Assembly: GCF_000743755.1 (NCBI RefSeq)
Contig: NW_014569546.1
Span: 1 to 64,000, forward strand
Direction: 5' to 3'
Source of the DNA: Blastocystis sp. subtype 4
Taxonomy: Eukaryota
Length of the DNA stretch: 64,000 nucleotides
Position 1 is the stretch's first letter. Each line of letters opens with the position of its first letter. Positions 38,677-53,000 of this stretch are shown piece after piece. A model generated the notes under the pieces. That model did no database searches and was not told the origin of the DNA. It worked only from the letters and a program-made list of their open reading frames with translations. The translations under genes and the position numbers were made by a program.

Positions 38677-40318
38677 ATGAAACAAGGGATCTTCATATCT
38701 GTTCTTATTCTGCTCTCGGTATGTGTGTCGGCAAAGTGAGTATCATCGCGAATATTGTTACAGTCAGATATGCTTATGTTACGATACATTACGAGGGAAC
38801 CGAGAGAGATGATGAATATACACTTGCAGTGCGAGTATGGGCAAAGTCTTTATTTGCTCATGGCATTAGTAGGACTCGTTTATTATGGGAATTACAAATC
38901 AGAGCAAGATGTTATCATTCTTGTGAGCGAAAACGTCCGAGAATCGACTAAACAACAATTTAGAGAGATTGGTTGTCAGATTCGCGAAATCAAGAATATT
39001 GAGAATCCGTTTAGGAATTTTTAGTGATCTGATAAGTAGATATAAGAAGAGTGTGGATCGTCGAAGGAGTTATAAGAATCACTTTGAATACACTCTAAAC
39101 AAGTTGCATGTATGGAATATGCTGGACTATGAGCGTGTGATCTACATGGATGCTGATAACATCTTCTTCCATAACATTGATAATCTATTTAAGTGTGGTC
39201 ATTTCTGTGCTGTATATATGAATCCTTGTAATTTCCATACCGGTCTCTTCGTTGTGACTCCAAGCAATGAAACCTATCACGATCTCCTGAAGAGTCTGGC
39301 TTCTCTTGTTGGATTTCATTGTCTCCTTTAATTCTTAGCCATCTTATGATGGAGCAGATCAGGGCTTCCTCGTTGCCTACTTTGCTGGACTTCAGAAGGC
39401 CCCTCTCTTCGATCCTCTTAATCCCATTCCTGAAACTGAATTACCGAAGATGCAGCGTCTTACCATCGGATACAACAATAATCACGTGTATGAATAGAGA
39501 GAGAGTTGTTATCTAGATTTCATTACGTGGAAGGGGCATATGATCAATTCCGTGTTTTTGGTCTGAAGGATTCCAGTGAGCCCTTCTATTCATTAACTTA
39601 TGCAATTGCACCTATTCTCAAGGTATTTGGCACATCTATTGATTTATCATTAGCCATGGTTTTGGTGGGGATATCCGATTCTAGATATGAATTGGTACTG
39701 GAATGACCAGCGATCACTTCTCCATGATAATTGGTGGCCCTCATTCCTAATTCGTCTCTTCTTGATGCTCTCGGTGGTGGTGGGAAATTCCATTTTTGTG
39801 AAAAGGCTGATTTATAAGAACAAAAATTCAATGTATCCTTGTTCTCTCTTGAAAGTCTTTAAGAAGTAGGAGTGGTGAGGTATATACACAGTAGTTACTG
39901 GTTCCTTTGGTATGCTTTCTCGGTAGCGATCAGTCTTGTGGTTGTATTTGTCTCTATCAAGACAATGACGATGGCCATTCCAATGTTGGTATTTTCTCCT
40001 TCATTGAATTGTAGATTGATGCCAGCTCATATGGCTTTATTCCTGGTTGTCGTGTACATGTATTCGTGGCAATGGGTTGTTGCTTCGTATATCAAGCTTC
40101 TGCGTCCTTTTTCCACATCTTTGCTTCGGTCTGTAACAGTTCCTCGTTATTGGTACTGGTGTGCTGCCTTTGCTTTTGGTTTATACTTCGGGGTATGTTT
40201 TTATCTCAATTGGTGGATGAAGATACTTGCTGTATTCACATTCGTTTATTTCCTTGTTAAAGTCTCCGCTTATGAAAGTATTAAAGTCTTCCAAGAGCGA
40301 ATAGAAGAGACAATGTAG
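38677..40318 (+). CDS. Glycosyltransferase family 8 (PGSIP7/8-like) with C-terminal TM helices
   Basis: LNKLHVW..DYERVIYMDAD, CGHFCAVYMNPCNFHTGLFV, DGADQGFL. Confidence 0.88.
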
Positions 40319-40354
40319 TTTATCATGTTTAATCAACATACACTCTATTATACA

Positions 40355-40698
40355 TCATGTTCGGACCAGAGGAGAGACCACAACCACAAGATCACCGCGC
40401 ATATACAACATCTCAAATTCTCGAGAGATTGCAGACTTTTTGATTTCATTTGTCTCTGGATCTACTGAAATTGCATACTGGACCTCTTTTGCATTAGCAA
40501 TCACCATATTCAAATGCTGATCAAATGCCTATAAAAATAAACGTCATTTATTTGATCTACGATCAATCTGCCTCGAATTTCACGGTTACCACGACATTTG
40601 ATAATCACTTCCTCGTCAAGACTAAGTCGGATTAAATCCTATGTGGTTAGTCTGTAATACGAAATCACTACCAAAGGTTGAGTCACACTCGCATTCAT
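40355..40698 (-). CDS. LSM3: Sm-like protein Lsm3
   Basis: QPLDLIRLSLDEEV.IKCRG.RE.RG.L.AFDQHLNMV...MLYMRGDLV.VVSP. Confidence 0.93.
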
Positions 40699-40805
40699 TG
40701 TTTATGAATTGTTGTTTTTGGACTAGACAAAATCGGAACTATTTACGACAAATCATTCAATCATTTGTTTCTCATTGGCAACGAAGAAGAAGTCATCAGT
40801 TTTGA

Positions 40806-41947
40806 ATGAACAAACTATCTTCCGGGTTTTTGAATCTATATAAACCCAAATGTGTGATCATTGGATTTCCCTTATGGGAGTAGATATACCAAGCACTGCA
40901 TGTTCCAACATGGCTAAAAAGTGGCTTAAAATTCAGAAGTTGGGTCATACTGGTACATTGGACTCGTATGCAGAGGGTGTACTTCTGTTGGCTATTGGAA
41001 GAAGCACGAAACTGATTCCTGTTATCGTTTGGCAAGGGTTTATAAACGTAGTATCTCTCAACATCCAAATCCTATCGTTCTACGTTTCGATTTGGAATGC
41101 ATTCCCCAAGTATCGATTTTGGGACGTAGAGACATTTTCACGAGTATGAAAATCAGACCTGTATCAATCGACTCTTTTCTTCCTCCTTCGAAGAAACAGG
41201 TTCAAGAGTGTTTACAGAAGTTCGTTGGATTTTATAACCAGGAAATACCTCAATATTCAGCAACCAAATATCACGGACGACGAAGGAGTGATCTCATTCG
41301 AGAGGGGTATTCCCCGCCTACTCAATCAAAATTAGTTCAGATTGACTCTATTGAACTTTTGGAGTATCTACCCGGAGTCTTTCCTGAAGTGACGATTGAA
41401 GTTCACTGTCATTCAGGGACCTATATCCGTAGTTTATGTCGAGACGTTGCGAAGGAGTTAGGAACGAGTGGCGTCGTTACCAAACTCATCCGAACAGAAA
41501 GTAATGGACAGTCATTGGATGTATCCTGTTCCTTGTAACGGAGATGTACTAGAGTGATACGATGTAGAGAGGATATGAAGAGGGGAGACTGTCTCTTTGT
41601 CAATGAGTTGGAGTTGATTCATCACCTTCCCGTTTGTATTTTGAATCGTGTCTACTTCTTTTTTCCATGATTTTATAGGAGCGGAATTTGGATCATCCAA
41701 CTCTATGACAGTGAATGAAGAGGATTTTGAAATAGCAGAAAATTGGGATATAGAGGCTTTCAATGGTCATGTTCTTAAAGGAAATCTTGTCAATCATGAT
41801 TGTTGGTCACAGCCTTTGATTCTTGTTCAGCGCTTAATCACTTCTACTAGCACGCTATTTCAACCTGTTGGTTTTGGAACTGTGAGTCCAGAATCAGATC
41901 ATAGATATCGAGTCAGTTTACAGAGACGTTATTGTTTTGATCAATAA
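40806..41947 (+). CDS. truB: tRNA pseudouridine-55 synthase, TruB family
   Basis: LNLYKP, KLGHTGTLDS.AEGVL, QEIPQYSA.K..G, CHSGTYIRSL. Confidence 0.85.
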
Positions 41948-42132
41948 CTTGTAATCATTGTTTATTTGTTAATAATTCGTGATGGAACAAAATTACCATC
42001 AGTTTACAACAAACAAAAGAGCTTAACAATTGTATTCTGTGTTCATCATGTCAGGTAGATTTACCCACCTGCCATTATAGGCTAGATTCCCGTGAATATC
42101 GGATTCGTTTGAACATTCAGACTAATTAATCT

Positions 42133-45093
42133 ATGGCGCAGATCATAGGTATTGATATCGGAGACGAGAACATTGTGCTTGCAAAGTGGAAAAGTCCACT
42201 TAATGGAAATGGAATTGGTAATACTGAGATTGTTCAAAACGATTACGGTAGACATCTCAGCGAGTAATGCTTGTGGTTTCAATTCAATATTAGATCTCTT
42301 ATAGCTTTCAAAGACAAGTCAGTGAACATCTGTGATCATGCCAGAGCTAGAGTTAACCTGAATTGGTTTTTTTCATTCCTAGATCGGTAATAATCTTCCG
42401 AATTATATCTGGTCATACAAAACAGTAATTGGCACCAATTGTTTGGTTTCTGATCTCCAAAAAGACATTGAAGAAGACCGTTTGAAGTCCAACCTTCGCT
42501 TCGATGGAAAAGATCGAGCAATTTACAAAGTTACTTTCGACAAAAATCCTTTGGATGTTGATGTTGAGACAGCCGTATCTAGAATCATTGAATATCAATT
42601 GTACTTAGCATTTAAGACTCAAGATGAGGGGTACAGTGAAATCTCAAAGATAGCTGCGAAATATGTATCTACTAAGAGTAAGGCCCTCTTCACTGTTTGT
42701 TTCGTGTTGTAAAATGATGTATAGATTCCTAGTTATTACACTGAAGCTCACATCCGTGGTCTTCAATTAGCTCTCGATTTGAGAGACTTGGGTGACATGT
42801 ACTTCATTCCAGATTATATGGCTGAATTTATCCAATATGCCTATTATGCTAACCGAGAAAATGAATTTGAAACTCCTTCGAATGTGATGATTATTGATAT
42901 GGGTAACATCTCAACTACAGTCAGTGTATTCTCTTGTAAGAAGGTAGTTAATGTCTTATTCTATGAAGGATAGAATGATATTCGTTTGGTTTCCTCAAAG
43001 TACATTATGCTAGGTGGTCGTGACTTCAGTCGACGTGTTGAGAAGGACCTAGTAAAAGCCTTTGAGAAGAATCGAAAGCCTCTCTCCGAATTATCGGATA
43101 GTATTCGCCAACGTACACTTTATGATATCCATGATAAAGCCAAAACTGTGAAGAAGAGTCTTTCAGTTCGTGGAGTCGATGAAGCTAGTGCTGAGATCTG
43201 GTTATTGGATGCAGATGAAGATGAGGATGATAACCTTACTCTTGACTACACGTACGATCAATTCAAGAGTTCATGTCAATCTCTCTTTGATGAGTTCCAA
43301 TCATTCATTGAAGATTTCTTCCATGGAGTATACAAAGACTGGAGTGATCATTAGTAGGAAGAAATGAATGGTGTTACTGTCAATCGTTGTGAGTTAGTTG
43401 GAGGAAGTGTTCGAATGCCAGATATTCAAGCAATTCTCGTAAAGTCTATCAGAGCTAACAATCCATCATTCATATCCTTTGTTATGATAATAATGGTATT
43501 ACTTAACATTACGATAAGTTAAGTAATACACTTAACAATGATGAAGTGTGTGCTCATGGAGCAGCTACTACTCTCGAAATGTATCTCCAAATGAAGAGTC
43601 TTCGTTTGAGTGAGACAGTGATTCCTTTGGAGTATAAAAGGAAGGGAGAGTTGGTGCACCACGGTATCAAGGTTCTTGGACTGAGTGCTGTGAAGTCAGA
43701 TCCATCTCTGTTGTGCATATCAGGAAACAAAACATTGGAAAAGGGCGAAGACCATAATTGGAGTGCAATATTAGGTGAAACTGTTGATGGTTCGTCCAAT
43801 GATAATGCTTCAAAGGGTGAAGATATTGATCGGGTTATCAATATGCAACATGAATTTTCGCATCTGCGAAATGATATTGATGGTTATTATTATAAGATTA
43901 AAAGTTGTTATGACAGCCGAAAATCAAAGACAGATGAATTGAATAGGAAATATGATGAATGTGAGGTGATGCGTGATAATGCAGTGAAGATCAAGAAAGC
44001 AACAAGTGAATCAATTGAGAAACTCAGAAAATGGTTGGATATATTAAAAGAGAACTTTAAGTACTTCAGTGGTGATTGGCATCAGGTTGGACCTGGTGGA
44101 CGTTATCATGTTGATTGGTTACAAGGGAAGTCAGGTGTATTCTCATTATTTAAGGATGACCATACTACAGAGATTGGAAAAGCTCATTTTGTTGAGGGAT
44201 GTCTTCAGGGTCGTTTCATTACAAAATATGAAGGAACAGATGATGTATCGTTAGTGATTGATTATAACATGGGTCATAAGGAGTATGTGTATTCATTGAA
44301 TGAACAAGGAATGCTTATTGTATGTGAACATTATTCAGGAGGACATAAAGTTGAACGAAATGAGTTCTATCCTGAGACAGGTACGATAAAACGTCTTGTT
44401 TGGATCAAAAAGAAACCCTCAACTGAGAATGCCTCAACTGAACAGGAGGTGGATATGATGGAATTTGATCATGTTGGTCGTGTGATTTATCATGGTCCTG
44501 GTAAGTGTTGTCGAAAACCTTATATGGGCGTTGAAGAGAGTAATATCAAGGAGTACGAGTATACGAGAGATATTCATGGACTTGAGTTTAAATACTTTAC
44601 CGTGGAAAAGAAACATGAATATGCATATTCGCAAGTTGTGGTAACGCAGGATGGGAAAGAAAAGACTGTTCTTGATGATGATGAAAAGAATTATTTCGAA
44701 CTGGGAAATAACATACACTATTTGAAAACCAGATACGACAACCTATCTGAATCAAAACTGAATACTCCAAAGAAGGAGCAGAAGAAGAAGCATAAGAAGA
44801 ACAAGGATCAGACTAAGCCATATTCCCATAATTATTATGGTCCTTATGGTGTTCTTACGATGACGGAACGCTACAAGCAGAAGGATGAGGTTGAAGAGCG
44901 TGTCTATTACTATCCTAATTTCTCTAATCGTCTTAAGATTTATGGACTTCATACCAGCCATCTACTGGAGATTCTATACAAGGATCGGGTTTTAATGAGG
45001 AAGATAGTGATTGTGGATGACAAAGGAAAGGAGACAATAATCAAGGATCATAAGCATAACTACCATAAAGCTCTACGTAAGTTCGAGCCTTAA
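42133..45093 (+). CDS. Divergent Hsp70/Hsp110-like NBD fused to MORN-like beta-repeat region
   Basis: IIGIDIG, IPSYY, IIDMG, LGGRDF, ELVGGSVRMP, TLNNDE.CAHGAA, then a non-Hsp70 G/Y/E-rich C-terminus. Confidence 0.7.
43472..43512 (+). other. U12-type AT-AC intron
   Basis: 5' ATATCCTTT, branch TACTTAAC, 3' AC; 41-nt removal restores the frame NPSF|DKLSNTLNNDE. Confidence 0.85.
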
Positions 45094-45123
45094 TGAGTGT
45101 GTTTCTTAATCAAACAATCATAA

Positions 45124-46500
45124 CTAACCACCTTTAGCTGCCTTCTTCTTCTTCTTATACTTATCATATACTGCCTGACATTGCTGAGCATAGTTCTTGT
45201 CATGTTTCTCTTGGGTAACAGTCTTCTTCACAATCTGAATTACATCTTCATCTTCCAAAATATGAGCCAAACCACAGTGTTGAGGACTGTATTTCGTACT
45301 TGTACCCCATACAAGAGCATAATTGAACTTCTCTAGCAATTCAAGAGAAATCTGTGATACTGCTCCTTCCACAGTCAATCCATTTCGATACTTGCTCAAC
45401 ACAACTGGCTCATCAAATGAAGGAGGTTCGGCTCGCTTCTTCGTATAAATTCGAAGTAGACCCATGTATTCCCAAATCAACTCCAACACCGTTTCCACAT
45501 TCAGATTCATTCGAATTGAGCATACTGTACTGTAAGGAAGACGTGCAAGATGATCTACCTAGATATGACAAAATTAGGAACAATTCTACATCTTCAATAC
45601 AGACAGTATCAATTTTGTTGTAGACATACAAACACTTTACATATTTGCGGTTTCCTTCCACAACATCAATAAATTCATCGACACCATAATCATCACGGAA
45701 AATGACCTCAGCATTGTGGATACGATACTATATCTCATCTCAGTGAATCGTTCTTACCTCGTGAAGAATCTTATAGACAGTATCGTAAGGATCATCGCCC
45801 ATACGCGTCAACTTGACAGTTGCATTGAATTTAATTCCTCCAGCATTCTTCACCTTGAAATAGATACGAGGAGGCTCCTTATTCAAACGCAATCCCACAG
45901 TTTCCAACTCACGTTCCAGAATTTCTCGATGATTCTTCTCTTCTTCTTTTCCTGCATCCAGGACCATTAAAATCAGATCCGCACTCTTAGCAACGGCAAT
46001 GACTTGACGACCACGGCCACGACCGTATGCAGCTCCCTCAATAATACCAGGAAGATCCAGTAACTGGATACGACAACCCTTGTAATACACGTTTCCAGGA
46101 ATACATGTCAAGGTTGTGAATTCATAAGCGGCTTCCTCGGATTTCGTGTCTGTCAAGTGACTATAGGCTCATTCTTGATCCATATCAATACTTCAGCAAC
46201 GATGACTTTCCAACAGAAGGGAAGCCAATCAGAGCTACACGCGCATCTCCAACACGAGCTACCTCGAATCCATCTCCTTTACCTCCACCTCCACTTCCAG
46301 AGGTTGGGTCTAAAAGCTATTTGTCAACCATACAACAAACAAGAACCTCTGAACGCAGTTTTGCTAAACGTGCTTTCAGAACACCAAGATGGTACTCAGT
46401 AGCCTTGTTCTTCTGAGTACGAGCCATTTCGGCTTCTATCCTAATAACTCCCTCCCCGTATCCATATACCGATTTCCTTAATCTTCTCAACAATTCCCAT
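45124..46500 (-). CDS. DRG2: Developmentally regulated GTP-binding protein 2
   Basis: [49 protein letters not shown] domain. Confidence 0.95.
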
Positions 46501-46557
46501 GAAAAAGAATGAATACTAAGGAAATACTAACTACAACAAACAACGAGAGTTCACATC

Positions 46558-47364
46558 TTATTCCTTACGAAGAGAATCCTTTGGAATCTTATTGAATAAT
46601 TCTTGTGTCTCTTCCTTTGTAAGCACATGCTGCTTGATCTTTCCAGAATCGGTTCTATTTCTCATATTCTCATCCAGATTCTACTTATATAGCACACTGA
46701 ACTCCATACGATCTGTAGATAGTTCATTTACATCCATTGTCTTGAAGAGAACGCGCGCTTCTAGCATCATCGCCTCTTCCAACGTCATATCGTCCTTCAA
46801 CTCCTTCTTCAACATATCACGAGCAAGCTACATGTCATTCCTTCAAACAATCTTGACTGTACTATTGGAACCGATGGCATGTCCCTTCCATCCACTGTAA
46901 TTTCCACTAGGGTCACTATGGTACAGTTGGAATCCACGAATTGCATCCCAACCAGCGAAGAGAAATGAAACACCGAATGGTCTGAGGCCACCGACCTGTG
47001 TATACGAATGTTTGACTCGGCAAATATACTCCACAAGCTCTTCTACAGGTTTCGGTTGACCATATTTGTAAAGATACTCCTGAGCGTCCTTTCGGGCATT
47101 CTGAAGAAGGATACTGGCATCAGATGTCAGACCAGCAACAGCACACATTATATGATCATCAATAGGATATACCTTTTCACTTTCACCGACCTTTGCTAAT
47201 AGTTTGCTTATCATCTTCTTTTCAATACCGAATGCCACACCTTCTTTTGTTAGTATACCGATTGCACAAGCAGCGTTGTTAATTGCCTCCATTGCATACT
47301 CAACTTGATACAATCTCCCTTCAGGGGAGAATGTGGTTGTACGTCCATCGTACTCTCGTGACAT
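46558..47364 (-). CDS. PSMA4: Proteasome subunit alpha type-4 (alpha3)
   Basis: MSREYDGRTTTFSPEGRLYQVEYAMEAI, SDPSGNYSGWK. Confidence 0.96.
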
Positions 47365-47435
47365 TTAGATCTATTTCGTTTTTGATAGAAGAAAAGGAAG
47401 CGAAAGATGGAGAATCTCGTTTCTTTGACGGTAGT

Positions 47436-49865
47436 ATGGAATTGCGGGAATTATCGGATGTCTATCAGAAACCGAATTCGCAATTGTTACACCGTATCCA
47501 GGAGAAATCCCCACTCGACTTATTTATACCTACTACTCATATTTGTTTCCTGGATTCGTGGGTTTCTTCTTTTATGATAGCAATCAAGAAACATGTTTCG
47601 GGTGATTGTATCATTCCTGAAGTAATAAAAGTCTCTCGGTTGTTGATTTGAAGGATACAGAGTCTTTAGTTCTTTCTTGTAGTGATAATACTCCTGTACC
47701 TACATGTATTCGAGTATTCCTTACGTCTTTTGCATTAAATCTCTAGCCAAATCGAGAAGTCAGTATTCAAAAGAAGACTCCAATTACTTGGGGTAACCAT
47801 AATTCTTTGTTGTCTTTAGTGGAGAGGATTATGCATAGACTTTTCTATGTGAATGCTAGTTTTTCAATTGTGATGTTGAGACAGTCGACTGAGAATCGGT
47901 TTGAATACGATGGAGTTCTCGAAGGGCATTCGAGCAGTGTTAGTTCTCTCTGCTATAATGAAACGAAACGGGTGCTTGTTTCTTGTGGTCAAGACGGTAT
48001 TCTTGTTTGGGATGTTGACCATCATTCTCTTATCAGACAAATTGCGTAAATGATCTTAGTATTATTCACCCTAGGCAATCTCATGTACCTGTTACTAGTC
48101 TTATTTGGATCGATGATCGTTATCTCTGTTCAGGTACATCATCCGGCGAGCTTTCTTGCTGGGATTCAGATGATGAGTATCAATGTCTCCAAACTCTTTC
48201 GGCGCATCATGATACCATTTCTCTTATGTGCTATTCAAATGTATTATCATTTAATTCTTATGATCTTAAGCTACATCAACTTCTAATAACCACGGGAAAA
48301 GGGAATTCTATTCGAGTATGGCAGTTTCATCCAAATTCAACCCCTCATCTAATCTATCAAGAGACTCTTGATAGTCATGTTGGTGATATCACTTCTCTTT
48401 GCCTCTCAGAAACAGAGGATTACCTATTCAGTGGTGCTAGAGACAATACAGTCCGTTACTGGAATCTCCTAACACACACTTGTCTTCGCGAAGTAACCGA
48501 CTCCACAAATCCTCAGTATTTTTGTAGTTCATGTTTCATCTAGATCTCTTCATCGAGGAGCAGTTACATTCATGTGTACACAAGCCGAATGTCTCATTAC
48601 GGGTTCTGTTGATGGTTTTCTTCGGGTTTTTCGTATAAATCCGACTATCACTTCTGAAGTTGATTCTACTGAGACCTTTCTCTCTTCATATGTTGATTCT
48701 GATTCTGTTACAATGACGAAGGATGAGTTGATTGCCATCATAGATCTTACGTATCCTTTGGACAATGCATCGTTCTCCTCTCTCTTCTTGGCAAGTGTAT
48801 CAGATCATTCCATCTCTATCCATCAACACACTTCTGACTCCTTTGTTCTCTATCAGACATTCACAGCTCCTAAGGCTTCTGTTTCATCACTTGGCTATAT
48901 TGCTAACAATCTCATTGTTCTCTCTCTTGATGGAATGATTCGTTGTTATGATTCTACCAATTTTCACCATATTTTTTGTCATGAAACTCCCTCCAATATG
49001 TTAGCGATGTGTTTTCATAAGTCCAGTGTTTTTATAGGAGGAAGTGATTACTGTATTCATTGTTATGAGTATACTGGAACCTCCATTCGTCATGTATCAC
49101 TTTAAGGTGTTTTGTTATTCTAGAAGTATTCTCACCAACACGGAGTAGGTAAAATACGAACAATGATTCTCTCATCAGATTGTGAGCAGTTGATAACGGG
49201 AAGTGAAGATGTAAACATAATAGGAGAGTATTAGTTAGGGTACTGTTGAAGTATACTCAATCAGAGAGGCTTCATTGAAGTCATATCGTCGAATAACAGA
49301 TCATGATGGAATGGTTTTTTCTATTGCTTTGAGTGATATCATAAATCATCACAGTTATCTTGCTACAGGAGGAAGTGATTATTCATTGTTTGTATATCAG
49401 ATGACCGTCAATGGAGTGATTCGACTTTGGAATGAGAAGTCAGCTCACATGGGTGCAGTACTGGTTCTTTGCTTTGGACATGGAGATAGTGGAAGTCTGT
49501 TGTTCACAGGAGGACAAGATGCAGTGGTGAAAGTGTGGGATATTCAATCTGGAGAAATGATAGGTGAGTTGTTATCCCATAAAGAGCGTATTACAGCAAT
49601 TGCTACTTCTCTTGATGGTCGATATGTGGTTGATGACTGATCTCATGATCCATAGGTGGCGACTGCCTCAGCAGATAAACGAGTTATTGTATGGGATATT
49701 CTGAATGAGTATTCTGTTGTTGTGAAGTATGAGATGAATGATGAGTGTCGATGGATTTGTTTTCGAGATGGAATGGTGGTTTGTGGTTATGTGTCTGGAG
49801 CTGTTCGGTTCTGGCCAATTCTACCTGTAGATTCTAGTTCTTTTATTAATACTCCTTTGATTTAA
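47436..49865 (+). CDS. WD40-repeat protein
   Basis: Multiple GH...WD repeats (LEGHSSSV..VWD; SGARDNTVRYWN; TGGQDAVVKVWD); start uncertain. Confidence 0.8.
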
Positions 49866-50072
49866 TGTGTTTCTTGGCAATAACCTCATTACAAGAATAA
49901 TACGAATGAAAAGAATAATCATTGTGGATTCACCACTATAAACAAATGATTTGTATAGACATTTAACTATTACAATGTATCTCTCTCAGAAATGGCATGA
50001 AGATCATCTTCTTATCAACAATACTCCTCATATTCTTCTCCCTTTAGCATATGTACTACAAACAAACAAATG

Positions 50073-53000
50073 ATTGTACATGAATATCCTTTTGTTCAAC
50101 AACTGAATAAGAACAACGATACTACAGATTACAATGAATAGGAAAACCAACAGAATCAAAAATAGCCCATTGTTCTCGTGTCCACACTAAATCTCGAAAT
50201 AATCCAAATACAAACTTCCTCCATCCGTGCATCAGAGAGATCATGGAGATGATGTGTTGAACATACACATACAGTTCTATCAATCATTTTCACATATCAT
50301 ATTCACTAGCACTCTGAAATACCTTCGGATACAATGTCTTCATCTCAATCAATCGACGTCGACTCTCTCGACAATTCACAACAGAATTTAGAGAAATTAC
50401 AAGACTAATCACCATTTCTTCCTTTTCGGTCAGATTCACTGCATGAAGAATCACATCACTCTGACAGATATTCGACTGAATGTATGTCTCAAAACACTTC
50501 TCATTTGTTTTAGCAATACTAGGAAATCGAAGTGATAGTGGAGGAGGAGACTGCTTACGAAAATGATTACACACGGGAATCAATGGATTTTCTGCCGCAA
50601 TGTTTGCAAAGACTGAATATTGATAGTCAGAAGGTCGACACACTGTGTTCCCATTGTAGTTATGACAGATCCAGTGTTGATCAGCAATACGTTGTGAGAA
50701 ATTAGGATTACTGGCAAGGAACGACAGAATCACTACACACGTAGCACGCAGAGAGAGATTATTAGCCGTGGAAATGAGTTGAATGAGGATTGCGAAGAAG
50801 TCTGTTTCACATTCGGACTATGAGTGAAACAAATGAGTGGGAGAAACTCGAATGAAGGAGTCACCTTCAGGCTGGTTAATGATATGAGCAACTGCCCACA
50901 GAACAGACCTTCGATTGATGAGACTCTCTTGAGGATCTGTTAATATCTTACACAGCTCAACCAGGTCAATATGAGATTGAAGTAATGCTCGACCTCGAGC
51001 TGTGGCAAATAGTGACCCGAAAAGGTGTGGATGAATAACAACAGGCCGTGGCTTCTGTGGAATGATCTCAATCACATACTCCACAGCATACACATCAAAA
51101 GAGCCATCATCATGCGCTACGACATCCCATACACAACATGCATCTATTGGTGAACAGTAGTATAATCATACTCTCCGTACAGACTCGAGTCATAGTATTT
51201 GGTTTCAAACGATCATGAATTGTTTGTAAGAAAGACCATGAAATAGTTTCACTTGTCTGTAAACGACTAATATCCATAACATAGTCCCTAAGGCAACTCT
51301 ATTCTTCAATAACACTCTTTCACCAACTCGTTTTGCTTCGAATTCATCTTTTTGGAGTTCCAAAAATCGTTTACTATTTTTGTTCCAATACATCTCAAAT
51401 CGTTGAATATCCGTCTTCTTTCTTTCATTCACAGTACAACCCAAATGATCATTAATCAATCCTTCACTCCCAACGCATAGAACACATTTCACTTCTTCTC
51501 CTTCGTGAAGAGGAATACACATGACATCATGATCAGTACTTGACACAAAGGTCCCAATTACTCGAACACTACTGTGGTCTTGATCCATTCCACTGACCTG
51601 AAGCTGAGACAATACAATATCAAGACTTGTGTCAACAGTCATGGAATGATTCACACACTCCACTTTCAGAGGGAGTTGAAGAAGCCATTGAAGTTGGAAT
51701 GCGTCTGTACGCAACATATAGTCGATGATATTCCGAGGTGGTTGCAATCGTAGTGGGTTAATGAAGAGTGATTCATCATGATCAAGGAATTGGGATGCAG
51801 TCGGATATGTTGCTGGATTCTGTACTAATCCAGCAGTCACATTATTCTCCATATCCATGACATATTCATAAATTCCACTTTCCTTCACATTATTTGCCTC
51901 ATTGACTCTTACCATAAACTCCTCAAATCGTTTTGAAACAACTCCGAATCCATTCTCAAACAATTCAAATCCAATTGGCATTGCAATCAACCGTAGAATC
52001 AATTCATTACATTCTGGTTGATCAATAAGATATGGAACACACTGTTTGTAGGTAAACAGAGTGCTGACCACCAAGTCACCATAACCGCACACGACTACGA
52101 TGTCTTCTAAGATTGAAGAAGCGAATACTGTGAGAGAGTTGGTGGATCCAATACACATTACAATCAGAGGAAGACACCAAATCACATACTCTTCATTCTG
52201 GGTTTGTTCTGCTAAATTTGCTCGGATTTGAGTCAAACAGAAGTGTCGAAGATCGTCATTTCCATGCTCCAGAAGCGAACAGAAAAGGATTCGTTCACTA
52301 TTCTGAGATTCATTTGTAATATGAAGATGAGTAACTAAAATCTGGAGAAATTCTGGATTACGAGAATAAATAGATGGTTTGCGAGTGAGTGAGTAAAGAG
52401 ACTGAAGGATAGAACTTGTATCTACGAACTGCTGGAAACGTTTTGAGAAGACGAAATGAACTGCCATAATCGCATAGTAGTATGCCTAGATAAGAACTAT
52501 TCAATAGGATTACAGTCGAATAATGAATAGCAACACTTCCAAAGATCCCATGAGAAGATGGATTCTCAATGAATTCCCCCAGAGCCTCCAGAAAATGACG
52601 AATTAGAGCAACCTTCCTTGGATATGCTACTAGCTGCGTGTCAGCAGAAAGAAGAACCTGCATCCAGAGTAATCCACTGCATGCAGCAATGGTTGAGTGT
52701 TTCTAATTCAAATGAATGAAAGAAAGAATATACACAAAGAGGAAGGAACATGAAAGGTGGGAGACCCTGAGGAGGAGCAAAGAAATTCTCCATTTGATTC
52801 ATTAACGAAGATTTTGCAAATTCATTTATGTATTGTGGATAGGAGATTGTGATTAGAAGTAGAGAGAAAACTGCTTCCCAATCCCAATCTAAAACTGGTT
52901 TACAACAGTCTTTCTGAACATTAAAAGAGAAAGAGAAACGATTACAATGGTTTGTCGAAGCATAGCCATGAATTGCTCTCGATTCTCATATACTTCTTTC

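Noticed and set aside
39833..39879. GTATCCTT looking like a U12 GT donor in the GT8 gene
   Set aside because: A standard 29-nt GT-AG intron (39866-39894) restores the frame, so the motif is probably exonic
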